Notes under the pieces: generated by a model
The model's input: the letters and a program-made list of their open reading frames with translations, nothing else
Databases searched by the model: none
Told to the model about the DNA's origin: nothing
From: Hyphochytrium catenoides
Taxonomy: Eukaryota > Protista > Hyphochytriomycota
NCBI GenBank assembly: GCA_900088475.1
Contig: FLMG01003436.1
Span: 1-64,000, forward strand
Direction: 5' to 3'
Length of the DNA stretch: 64,000 nt
Position numbers and translations under genes: made by a program
In this document: in pieces, positions 1 through 12,068 of the stretch
How the letters are laid out: each line of letters begins with the position of its first letter
Position numbering within the stretch: the stretch's first letter is position 1

Positions 1-2722
1 GTTTTTCTCATCCGAAACCCCATAGTTAATATTCCTAGAGGCCCGGATTCGCAACTTTTCCCTAGAAGTGAATTTTAGCCCTTCGCCCTTAAGGTAAAAA
101 TGTTCCACTAGCATAAGCTATTCTTTTACTGTGTGTGATGAGTGGCCGCAGTGATGATCCTCTTTGCCGTGTAGTTTGTAACTCACGATCAAACATAAAA
201 ATCGGTCGGACTTCACAGGTTGTGTCACGTCGCGGCTCCTCCCTCGATCACTCCTTCTTGCTCTTTGTGCAATTGCAAAAAAATATTCGTCCACACAAAA
301 GCTTCACAAAGGAGGGCCAACAAACAGCAGCTAATAGAACATGGCTCTCTTTACTTTTCCTGCGCACTCCACCGCACCTCCTCTTCTTCAGCTGTTATTA
401 TCTACTGCCTCTTCTGGGAAGTATGTATACTAATAATAAGTTTTGTCGAAGAAAGGAAGGACGACATGTGGAAGGAGAAACTGAAATGCCGAGAGAAGGA
501 GGATGGGAGCTCATTTTCAGTGCATAGGCACCTTCTTCTCTTTGTGCTAGATGAACCACAAATGCTTCCGAGCTGCCCATCGGCAACAGCCCAAGTAGCT
601 AGTGATACATCACTTCTCTGTCTTGCCAGTACCGTATCTATAGCTCCACCGGTGGACAACGGGGCATGGCCCATGTCTGATGGTCTCAGAACTCTAACTT
701 CACTTCTGCTCCATCAGTAGGCTGGCTATAGCTGATGAAGACAGAAGCAAGAAAGAAAGGGCCCACAAGTATCCATACGCCTTATTATGCTGACGAGTGA
801 TCGTTCTCTTTTTATTATCTTCATTCTTTGGAGAGAAGCATGTCATATGTTGTCCAGTGTGACTCCTCTTGAGGAAGAAAATCTTCGTCGTACACAGTAG
901 ATCTCCTGCATCAACACTCGCCTTCTGAAAAATAACCTCAGGGAAACTACCCACTTCAGCTCATCAGAGCTTCTTCTTTAGTCGGAGAAGAAAGCAAGAG
1001 CCTGCACAGATCAAAATCACTTGGGCTTCTTTGTTGGTTGATGGCGTTGTCGCTTGGTCTTGATAGAATGCAGGGAAGCAATAATAGTATCTGGCCCCTG
1101 TTGGAGCGCCCTTGGATAACAGCTTCCAGAACTGAGCGCTCCCCTAATGAAGAAGAATAACCGGCAGCTAGATGAATTCTGTGTGTTAGAACTCGCCTTT
1201 TGATGAACCCAATCATGATCACCAGCCTCGCAATAAATAGGAGATCTGTATGCTCCTTTAGGGACAAGAAGAGTAAGGCTTCTCTCTATCTATCCTTTTA
1301 GACATTATAAAGGTCGGCGGGCCAGCAGCGATAACTATGGGTTTTCCGACGCTGTTGTCCATCCTATGGGGCTCAGTCCACGGAAGAAGAGATGAGGAAA
1401 AATGGTGATCACTATGCTGTCTCGGTGCAGTCTGACAAAGAAAACTACTACTCACTGAGCTCTTCTTCTGAGATGTTCCGTTCAGCCACCAGAAGAAGGA
1501 AACAACACTACTCATTTTTCGCCCAGCTAGGAGGGCTTCCTAGACAAAAATGGTCTGCTTCAGCCCATTAGAGGAGAAAAATGCTTATTGAGGGCTATTT
1601 TGAAAAGCATAAAGATGACCAAATAATACACATGCCGCGCTGCGGCTGCGGCTCCGAGTGTCTCGTTCTGCGACTTCTCATTCAGCATGACCCAACACTA
1701 CTATTATTTAATATAGATTACTGTAGGGACGAAGAAAGAGGAGGAGTGAGCAAAAGAAGTTGAAGAAGCAGCCGCTCACAGCCGCAGCTGGGGGAAGCAA
1801 GATTACTTGCACGACAAAAGAAACCAACGGTGATTTATAAAAGATGAAAACGCTGCTGCGTACGAGGACGAAGAACAATCCAACTTTATCCTACAGGACT
1901 AGTCTTCCACTGCTGGTTAGCCTTTGTTCACTCAGAGAAGAGGAAACTAGTGAAGGACCAACAAAGTGGGTGCAGCGGCGGAGCGCCGCTACTCATAAAC
2001 AGATGTATCCTCCTCCACCATCAACATACCACACGTCGTTGGTTGTTGCACAATTCAACTCACTTCTTACTGCTCCTTCTATGATGCTGCTTGCTGATTT
2101 TATCACTTCCTTTATTTGCCTCGGTCCGCTTCCCGCCTTCTTCTTCTTGTTGATACAACGACGAAAACATCAAATAACAATGGCAATACTGACCAGTAAG
2201 AAGGAAATGTGCACAAGTTCGCTTGTCTTTCCCTTTCATTGTCGGCAGGCATTGTTATCATCGACCAAATACTTCCAGTACGTAATATAATCAGCAGTAG
2301 ATAACGATCTCTTTTCTTGGGTCCTGGTGGGCGCTTCATCCAAACCTGGGCAGGCGGGGTGATTGTGCTTTCCCATTCGCCAAAGACGTTCGCTTCAGCT
2401 GTTTGCCCAACCAAAATAATACCAGTTCCCCCAATCATCAGATATCATAATCTTACAAGGCTGACCGCCAAGATGCGTAGTAGTAGTGAGCGAGTACCAA
2501 GTGTTGTAGCGATCCCTTCGTCTGTCTTTTGTCTCTGCTCTCCGCTCTCAGCACCAACACTACTCCCGACATAAATCAGAATTCAGAACAGGAATTCGGG
2601 CAGTTGCAGACTTTCAATACTTTATAGTCCTCGCGTAGGAGACACTTCTCACCAGCCAGAGCTTGGCGGCTAGCCAATCGCTTTGATGTTTGAGCTGCCA
2701 ATGGAGGCCCCGACAGGACTCA

Positions 2723-4751
2723 ATGGCATCCCAGGGCTCAGCTGGAAATCTTCGCTTTAGGTCAAGTGCTAGCTCGTCTGCCTCTCCAAGGCTGACCAAA
2801 GGAGAGTCGTCGTCAGAGGAAGACCAAGAGATAGAGGTTCCGACGAGAGACACAATCCTCTTGGCACCTCCTTCGTCAGCAAGACAAGACCTACAAGTGT
2901 TTCAGTATAAGCCCCAGGAGAGGAGAGGTGCAGAGAAGCTCACCTTATCAAGCCTCGTTCTAGCATTGTGGCAGCTAGTGGTTTATTTGATCCAAGGATA
3001 CATCAGAGTCCTCCTCTACTTTCCCCGAATCATGTAAGTGCTTTTGCATTTGTTGTGGTCCATTCAGCCTTGTTAACCTCGCAGAGTAGCTGGCAGCTGA
3101 ATTTAGACTGGAACCCCCTAGTGACAGTCCCCCGATACGCTATTCGACAAGTCAAGGGTGACTTTGGAAGCAGGATGTCGCCAAACGACGATAATGATGC
3201 TAGAAATAACGTTGTCGCATCGGAAAATATTATTGGCAAGGATGGTCACCAGAGCTTAGTCGTGAAGGGGCCGCCTTCAGGGCCAATTGGCAGTCTGGCC
3301 ACTGGCGTTCCTCGATCGTTAGGTAAGGATTTCAACAAACACTACCTTCGTGGGCACGTATTTGAGAAGCTGTGTATCCCCTAACCTCAAATGACTACTG
3401 TACTTGTTCCTATCGCACCCAGGACCACCGTCAGCATATGGTGAGGGTTTTCGATGGCTAGAGCCTGGTGAAAAGAATGGGAAGCGGATAGTTCTGGCAA
3501 GCTATCCGCGTTCCGGAAACTCTCTTATGAGGAGCCTTCTGGAGCAGATCACAGGGATATATACTGGGGGTGATACAAGGCCAGAACGCAGCCTAAGCAA
3601 AGCTCTTAAGGACATGGGGCTACAGGGAGAGGTATGACATGCACCAAAGAAGACTTACCGACGCTAGGCCAAGAGCTAATCCCTGTGCATGCTTCTGTAG
3701 GGTGTAGTTGATGACTCTGTGTGGTTCGTTAAGTCCCACTTTCCAGAAAGACATGGCTGGAAGTCATTTAGAGCACACAAGTGCATTTTGGTGGTAAGTG
3801 TGCTTCCAGGACTTCTTCCGCAAGTGTTTTTGAGGTTCCGTTGAAAGTCTTGGGGCTATGTGACTGACGCGGCGCTGGCATTATATCCTTCTAGATACGA
3901 AATCCTTTCGATGCTATGGACTCCTACTTTAACATGATACTGACAAGGAGCCATAATAAGAGCTTGCATCCTTCGCAATATGAAAGATTCGCGGACGTCT
4001 GGGACCGCCTCGTCAAGAACGAAATTGAGGTGAGAGCATGCAGTTACGGCTGACCATGAAGCCAGCGAGAACAAATGGCTGATTGTAGTGTCCCAGGTTT
4101 GGAAGCGCTTCCACAAGTTCTGGCTTTCCCAGGAGATCCCTGTCATGATAGTTCGATACGAGGACCTGCTAGTCCACCGGTAAGCTCCTCCCTTTCCGTT
4201 GTTAGTGGTGCCGTAGTCCTGTTTGGTCCTGAGGGTACTTTCTGTGTTTCAGGCAGGAAATGATGAGGAGAGTATTAAGCTTCGTTCTGGATGTTCCCAC
4301 CCTGGAAGGAACAATGTGGGAGAGCAGAATTGCAGAGGTTTGCAAGGAAAGCAATGAGACGCGACCCTACAAGCCTCGGAGTGGCAAGATAGGAGGGAGC
4401 TTCTCTCACTACAACCCGGAGCAGCTGCAGTACGTCCTGCAAAGCGCAACGCCCCAACTCACAGGATTTGGCTACCATCCTGAGACACAAGGCTTTCCAA
4501 CTCGCATCGAAGTTCCCAAGAAGAACATCAAGCCAGGTAATGCCGACGCAGAGCTTCTAGTTAACAAGGGAAAGCTTGTACGTCAGGATGATGACCCTTT
4601 TGGGCGACTCTTTACACGCTTTCGCAAGAGTTTGCTAGAGCCTGTCCTCGATAGTGAGGGGCAGCCGCTGAACGTTGAGGAGGTCCTCGCGGCGAGAGAA
4701 CTAGCAACACAGAAGGAGGCGTCTTTGCTAGAAGGTTCAACAGAGTCGTAA
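2723..4751 (+). CDS. PAPS-dependent sulfotransferase, multi-exon (about 7 exons), with an N-terminal hydrophobic anchor
   Basis: Spliced translation gives 5'-PSB motif IVLASYPRSGNSLMRSLLEQITG, VKSHFPE, 3'-PB motif IRNPFDAMDSYF and IVRYEDL. GT-AG introns (e.g. 3034-3084) join the frames. ATG 2723, TAA 4749-4751. Confidence 0.9.
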
Positions 4752-4847
4752 GGCGCACTGTGGCTTGAGAAGAGATAGGACGAAAAACTTGTATCACAGT
4801 TCAAGGCGCTCTCCTTATTAACTTTTACCTCCAATACCTGACGACTA

Positions 4848-5601
4848 TTAGATCAGTTTCTTGGACTTGAAGAAGTTCCGCAGGTAATAGACCTGCCAGG
4901 TACCCATAGAGATGAGGATGACTATGGAGAATAAGCTAAACCAGAGAACACGAGAATTTGTCTCTTCGTTCGTATCTCTCATCTTGTGCTCTCGCTCACG
5001 CATCGCTAGCATCTCAGCGTGGATTTCAGCAACAGCATCTTCCATTTTGCGGAGCTCAATCTCGACTGGTTTCAGGTGCTCTCGCTTGGCTACTTCTGAA
5101 TAGTCCTTGGCTTCCACTCCGGTCTTCAATATGAGCTCGCATCGAACTCTCTCGGCAGCATTGTTTCTAAAGCAGATGCTGAGCCTTCCTTCGCTGGATG
5201 AGGTAAACCTAAAAAAGCACCGTGGTGAGGTCGGTTCTCTGACTTCATTCTATGCCTTTTTCCCATGCTGTACTTACCTTGTGGAATGAAGCTCACTGGT
5301 TCCGTCAATGTCGTCCTTTTGATGGATCACCTTCTGTTCCGGGTCAATGACGGTCACCTGGACCCCTGTCTTGCCTGCCTGGACTCCCACGACACCATAA
5401 CTACGGCAGGGGTCATTAGACCATGTAACTAGTGCAGAGCACAACTCTGCGTAAGGTTGCTCACCTGATTGCTACAATGGATGATTTAGTAACCTCATCG
5501 CTTATGCACTTATACTCTCTTGGCGTCAGGTCGAACATGATGGCAGATGAATGTACTAGGAACGAAGCCAAAAGGGAAAGAACAAGGATTCGTGTAGCCA
5601 T
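4848..5601 (-). CDS. TMED10: p24/emp24 GOLD-domain cargo receptor, delta subfamily (TMP21/Erv25-like)
   Basis: Signal peptide MATRILVLSLLASFLVHSSA, GOLD domain with two Cys, KTGVEAKDY...HLKPVEIELRKMED, MRDTNEETNSRV, a TM helix and the C-terminal FFKSKKLI dilysine motif. Two GT-AG introns. Confidence 0.95.
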
Positions 5602-6469
5602 GATTCCTCACTCCTCCGGTTCGGTCTGTGGTCAAGTTGAGTTCAAGTTGAGACAAATGCCAATAGTAAATGTGCAGACTTGCTACCAGTCAACGAACTT
5701 CACGTATACTGTAGCTCTTTGCTGCTGATTCAGCAGGGATTCACTCGAGATAGAGAATAGCCTCCGACCGACGGTTGTTGGCTGTATCAATGGTGATCTT
5801 CCTAGTCCGCAATGATCTTCATCTGGAATCTGGAGTCTGGAAGTCCGCAAAATTGTATTATCGTCTCATTGATATGCCCTTTTATCGTGGCCACCATCAA
5901 AAAAGCTATACCTCCTTCCTACTTGTTCCAGGGCAAAATGACCTGGAGATATCAGACTGCACAGAGTATTCGAAGAAAAGATTCTGCCACCAACCCAAAG
6001 CTTTGGAACTCGTACATTTGAGGTCTACTCGGGGAGGAGGTCTGAATGACCAAATGAGTTCGTCATTTGACATGCTGAATCGGTAAGGTTGAAACGAAAG
6101 GACACTTTCCTTCTTGCCATCAACATCTCCCTACACACATGCAGCAGCACTGCCCGCCTGCCTGCCTGCCTGCCGTTTTGCCGCCTCCTTCGGCGCATCG
6201 CATCCTTCATCACCTCGATGACCTGCACTCCGCAATGTGCAGCACGGCTGTCAGCCACCATTCCTCATAGGTCTCAGCACAGGTTTGGCTTCACTAGGTG
6301 ATGAGAAAGCAGCTGGGAGCTTCACTCAATGGTCATAAGGCTGAACATTAAGACCAGTGGGAAGGCCGCGGGGAATTTGGTTCCCTAGCTAGAGGATCTG
6401 CTAGGCCTAGCTTCTTAGGGAAAATTTGTTTACGGGGGCTGGACTTCAATTTGAACTTCCTTCGTAGCT

Positions 6470-9400
6470 ATGGGGGACGTTAATGTGCGGGTGGCGCTTC
6501 GTTGCAGGCCCTTAAGCTCGTCCGAGAACGCTGTAAGGCTCTTTCTTGCTTCACTTCTTTTGCGGTGTGAGCTTCGAGGATTAATAAGCTGATATTTACA
6601 ATCATGGGCTCAGCCAATAACCCGCTCAAATCGATAATTCCTGTTATCGCCTTTCTGCGCATCCTGCTATACAGAGAGGAGCCAAGGTCTGCGTCGTAAT
6701 TGACGACACCTCGGTAATTGTCACTGCTCCGGATGACACGGCCACGCATGGGGAACCAAAGCAGAGGGACTTCGTCTTTGACAAGGCTTACTCCATGACA
6801 TCTACTCAGCTTCAGGTCTACGAAGATTTGGGAAAGCCGATCATAGAGAAGGCATTGGAAGGCTACAATGGTACGATGGCTTCTACCGTGCAAATACCGC
6901 CAAACGAAGAGTCCCAGTAATTCTAGTTCTATACTTTTCTGAGCTCGCCTACCTCGTCTTCCGCTGCAAAAGCCCATGTAAGCTGCAAATTTCTTATTCT
7001 TACTTACCGCCCGACCAGGGACCATCTTCGCTTATGGCCAAACGGGCTCGGGAAAGACTCACAGCATGATGGGCAGTGGCACTGACATTGGATTGATTCC
7101 TCAAATGATCCAGCAGCTCTTTCGGTACGTCTACCTCTCTATCAATCTTCCTTGCACATTCTGTGCGTGGCCATACTGCATTCAGATCTTGTTCTGATAT
7201 CAGCTACGGCGTTGCCTTGCTCTCTGGAAAGATCTCATGGGAGTTTCGGTGCCTGCGTCTGCAGGTCCCTCTACACCTCCCTAGATTGACTGTGTCACGT
7301 CGCCTTTCGTTTGTGTATGACATTTGGAGGTCCTACAGCCTTAGACATCTCATCTGATTCTTGTTTTCCGCTCTGCCGCCATTTGTCTGGCGGGGTCTCC
7401 TGTTCTTCTAATGTCAGTAACCTTGACGAGACAATGAGTAAGCCAGACTTGAACACAAAGTTCCTGGTGACCGTCTCCTACCTTGAGATTTACAACGAGG
7501 TGGTCAAGGACCTGCTTAACCCCTCAGACAAGCATCTTAAGATCAGAGAGCATCCAGACTTAGGTATTTATGTGGAAGGGTTGGCAGAGGTAAGGCAGAG
7601 CTTGGACGACAGAGGGCACTGACAAAGATAGTCGAGCGGAGTGATTAGCGTAGTTCTGGGAAAGTGGGATAAGCTGTACGGTTCTGTTGACCCTGCGTCA
7701 GCATCGGAGAGGAAGCTTCAGGAAGCAGTTTCTTCTCTCTCTTAGGCAGCTTCTTCTCCCTCTTTCAGTCCTTTTGGGGAGAGGACATGTCCTGTTATTT
7801 GTATGGGAAATCAAAAGCTGCTTAGAGCTACCTCTGGCCAATCCACTTCTTGGGGCTAACTCTCTTTATGCCTTGGTATCCCTTTGTCTCTCGTACCGTT
7901 CTGCCTCTTTCTGTCATTCAGCTGGTTAGCAAGAATGCAGAAGAAGTATTGAAATTGATAGACCAGGGCAACTCCGTCCGTCAAGTCGCGGCCACCCAAA
8001 TGAATGAGCGAAGTAGTAGATCTCATAGCTGCTTTACCATCAAAATTGGGCAGAAGAAAACAGAGATCCTAGGAGAAGTTGCGAGGGAGACATCGACAGA
8101 GGCCAAGATCAACCTGGTACGCAGACGATGTTCCTGAACTTGAAAAGCTTATACCTGGGGCTCCTCTAGCGGCGGACTTCCTAAGCCTTTTTTTCTTGCC
8201 TATCTTTCTAAAGCTTGCAAGTGAGCTTCACTTATTCATTTAACGTTCTCACCTGTGTCTGAATCCGACTCTTTTAAGGTTGATTTAGCCGGTTCCGAGC
8301 GAGCGTCCAAAACAGGCGCAACAGGGGATAGACTGAAGGAGGGGGCGGCCATTAACAAAAGTCTTAGCGCTCTGGGTAACGTCATCAACATGCTGGCAGA
8401 TCCTAAGAGGAAAAGCCAGCACGTGCCATACCGAGATTCCAAGCTGACACGACTGTTGCAGGCAAGGTTTCAGCTCCTAGCCTCTCACCTTTCGATGCAT
8501 TGTCACCAGCCAAAAATCTCCGCAATCAAATTACCTAAGTGAAGTTCTACAGTGATTCTAATCTCTCCTTCAAAGGAATCTCTTGGTGGCAATGCTCTCA
8601 CAGTGATGATTGCTGCCATTTCCCCGGCTGATTACAACTACGAGGAGACGATCAGCACCCTGCAGTATGCGAGCAGGGCCAAAGCCATCACGAACACTAC
8701 CAAGAAGAACGAGGGAGTGAACGAAAAGATTATTCGAGAGCTTCGAGAGGAGATAGAAAAGCTCCGGCAAATTGTGGCACAAGGTATAGCATGCTCGAGT
8801 CATATACATTGAGATCCGTCAGTCGTCGCCAAAAGTTGGTCATTTACCCTTTGAAAGGATACCTCTGTCTCTCGTCTCTCATAATCTGGCCCTCGAGGAC
8901 CTGGCATGTAGTCACCAACAGTGCTTCTAACACTCTCTGCCCAACATTTTGCTTGAATGTCTCCCTTTTTGGCACTTCCATAGGAGGAACTGCTCGTAGC
9001 AAGGATGAAGGTTTGGATCGGGAAGCAATGAAGAAGATGGAAGAGATGATAGCTAACCTGGAGCGTGCCAAGCATCAGGTGCTTTGTGTGTATGTGTTTT
9101 TAGTTTTGCATTAATACTGCTCTATGGAGTCAATGACCTTTATGAGGTCTCTTCTTGTCTGCTTATCCTGTCTAAGCGTTGCCAGCACATTGGGCCAAAA
9201 AGTGCTTTGTTGTCGCCATAAAGATTCACCTCAAGAGCTTTTCTGTCAGTAGATCTTGTGCCTTCAGCTTTTCAATGCTCCTGCCTTCGGAATAAGGACA
9301 ACAGGACTCACTTCCCGGTGGTCTCCACTGCCATCTCCTTTGTCACAGTCATGGGAAGAGAAGGAAAAGTTGGCAAAACTCTATGAAGATGAGCGACAGA

Positions 9401-11249
9401 AGAACTTAGGGAGCGATGGAAAGATTCTTGCTGCCATGGAAACAGTAAAAGATGAGAAGATTGCTATCATGAAGAAGATTAGAAAGCTTGAGCAGGTGGT
9501 CCATTTTCCTCCTGCATGACTCACTCGACATTCAGTCATTAGTACACCCTGTTCTCTGCACTGTAATGCTCACCTGGTGGTTCTGCATCTGTTGACAGCA
9601 CAAAGCGAAGATCAGCAAGGCGCTCCAACACAAGAAGGATTCTATGACAGACCTGAAGGCAGAGCTTGGGGAAGATCTAAAACGGTAAGAGAGGAAAGTG
9701 CTATGGAGGGAGGATTGGAAAGGGCCGCGACGGGTGGTTATCTCTGAGACGGTTCTCTCATAAGGAATTCGCTCCCTTCTTTCTCTTCATACTCTCGGCA
9801 TTTCCAGCTACAAAGATCTTGAAGGCAAGGAGGATGCAGCAAGCCAAGAGAAAGGTCACGCACTTTTGAGTGCCATCGAGAGACGCCAGGCTGACTATAT
9901 GAAGGTACACAAGTGGGACGAGGCGCACAGAGACCTACAGCAGCGAGCTGAAAGAACTAGTTTGGCGTCTTCAAAGACCGCTACGAACGGACGATAAAAG
10001 TTGCTAAGCTCTATCTGACCTCATTTTAATCTGTATAGGAGAAAGAAGAGCTCGGGATTCTAAAAGAGAAGCTAGGACAGATTGACGACCGCCTGGTATG
10101 ATGTAGCAGGGATCTCTGGACATCGACTGCCTCTCCCTCTTTGCGGCCAGAAACATTTCTGCAGGCATGCCGTGCCTTTTTTTAATTTGCTCTTGAGGGC
10201 TGGGTCCACGTTGTGCCTTACTATTCCGTCCGTTTGCTCCCTTACATCTCCACATCAGGCTGAGCTTGATGCGGAGCTGGCTGCAACCACGGCCATTCTC
10301 ATGGAGCAGAATGACCTTAGAAAGGTGAGTCGTTCATCGCTATCTCCATCCTAATCCTTTAGGACTCTAAATGCCCCTTCGTCTGTTCCTATGTGCTTTT
10401 ATTCACCTCCACCTTCTTTAACAGGCCATTGAGGATGACGAGAGAAAGAAAATTCAAGCAGCGAAGGAGGACTACCTCAAAACCTTTTTGGAGGAAGAAA
10501 GGTCTGCTTACTTTGCCCTAGGCGTAACAGCAGCGTAACGTCATCTCAACACCTGCCGCTGAATACGACTTTCCTTGTGCAGAAAGAAGTTGCAGGAGGA
10601 GACAGAAAGACAAAGAGCTGAGTTGGAGCTTAAGTATGCTCAAGAGGGCACAGCACGTGAGAGACAGCTCGAGTTAGAACTCTTGAAAGAGAGGGCTCAA
10701 AACAAGGCTCTTTCTCTCGAACTGGAAGAAAGAGATGATAGGATTCAGAGGTTGAACAACCAGTTCCGCGAGATACTTGATAAGACTAAACATGAGGCAC
10801 AAGACCTTGTGTCAGAGGTACGGTCACGTAGCGCGTCTGTAGAAGAGAATGCATGGACTGCCACTTGTTTATTTATAAGCCTGCATTTGCCGTCTGCTTT
10901 GGGCCCCAAGTGCGTCTGCTTTGACGCTCCTTCTGCATCTAAGAGCCCTTGTCACTTCCTCCAACTGTTCTGAGTCCTTCCCTTCACTCTTTTACTTTGA
11001 TGGCCGCGGGAGAATAGTTGAGACTATGCTAGTGCGATTCTGCGCATCCTTAGCAAACTCATCCTCAATTTTCTCCAGTTGGAAAGCTCATTTGAAGAAG
11101 AACGTCAGTGCCTGATGGAGCAGCTACAGGAAGCGCAATCTCTACTTCGTGCGGCTCTAGAGGATCTCCAACTGGTGTCAAGAGAGAATGAGGATCTAGA
11201 AATCAGATTGAAGGCTGCCTATTACTGGGAGCCGCCAGCAATTAAATAG
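6470..11249 (+). CDS. Kinesin motor protein (kinesin-3-like N-terminal motor) with a coiled-coil tail, multi-exon
   Basis: [15 protein letters not shown]-loop [20 protein letters not shown], switch I NERSSRSH, switch [41 protein letters not shown]|[24 protein letters not shown]. Coiled-coil exons run to ...[11 protein letters not shown] at 11247-11249. Confidence 0.95.
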
Positions 11250-12068
11250 GGAACCAGGGATCCGCCAGGCACCAGATAGGTGTGTCAGAGAGGGCAGAGT
11301 ACTCGGAGCAGAATGTGGCTATTCAGGAAAGCAGCCACATTTTAGGGCAGAACTGATTGACTCTGTTTCACTCTGGAGACTAGCTTCAAATATGAGACAG
11401 CTTTGGCTCTCATGACCCAGCTCCATCCGTGAACTACATCACTTCCCAGTGCATTAGTGTGAAAACAAGGATGCTGATAAGCACGTCCAGCTTGGTCTTC
11501 TTTAAGATGAGAAGATAAGCTCAAGACTCCTGAAGCCCATACTCCCAGGAGCCACGAGTTGCGTGACACCCCTCAGCTTCCTAGATTACGTCAGTAGAGA
11601 AAGTAAGGTTGCAGCGATGTACAGCGTTCTCTGCCATTTCTCATCAACCCTAAAAAGTAAACAGCGCGATAGCAACTGATAGTACCTTAACCATCCTTGA
11701 GCTGCGCGCACAGTTCTTGTGAGAAGAGAGCCTCTAGGAGGAGCGGTAACGACCTCCAGTTAACACGACACCATATATTAAGCTAGTAGCTATCCTGCCG
11801 AACTTGTGTGCAAAGAAATAGGCACTTCTAGCTGACTAGCAAATCGAAGACAACAAGCCCCTGTTAGCGTCAAACATTGCCGTGTCCTCCTTCAAAGCCC
11901 TACCGTGCCTGGAGGATGCTCATATTGATTGTCATAGGTTTTATTCTATTGTAAACTGAAGGGAACAAGGTCTGCAATTGTGATCTGCAGTTGTGATCTA
12001 GCACAGAGAATCCAAGAGGCTGGCTGCTCTTGAGGGCCATGGAGCAGGCCCAAAAGGGTATGGTATAT

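Noticed and set aside
39-95. B-box-like GTTGCGAATCC on the minus strand and a TTAA-GGGCGAAGGG end resembling a DNA-transposon terminus
   Set aside because: No cloverleaf can be folded and no matching second terminal repeat is in the window.
131-160. Two TGATGA C-box-like motifs
   Set aside because: No properly placed D box, terminal stem or recognisable rRNA guide; cannot support a snoRNA.
5938-6060. Possible TGA (selenocysteine) read-through ORF
   Set aside because: Multiple further stops, no redox motif and no SECIS visible.
6480-7025. 181-aa minus-strand ORF and many similar 60-200 aa ORFs in the track
   Set aside because: Antisense or off-frame shadows of real exons (here kinesin exons 1-3); no protein-like features.
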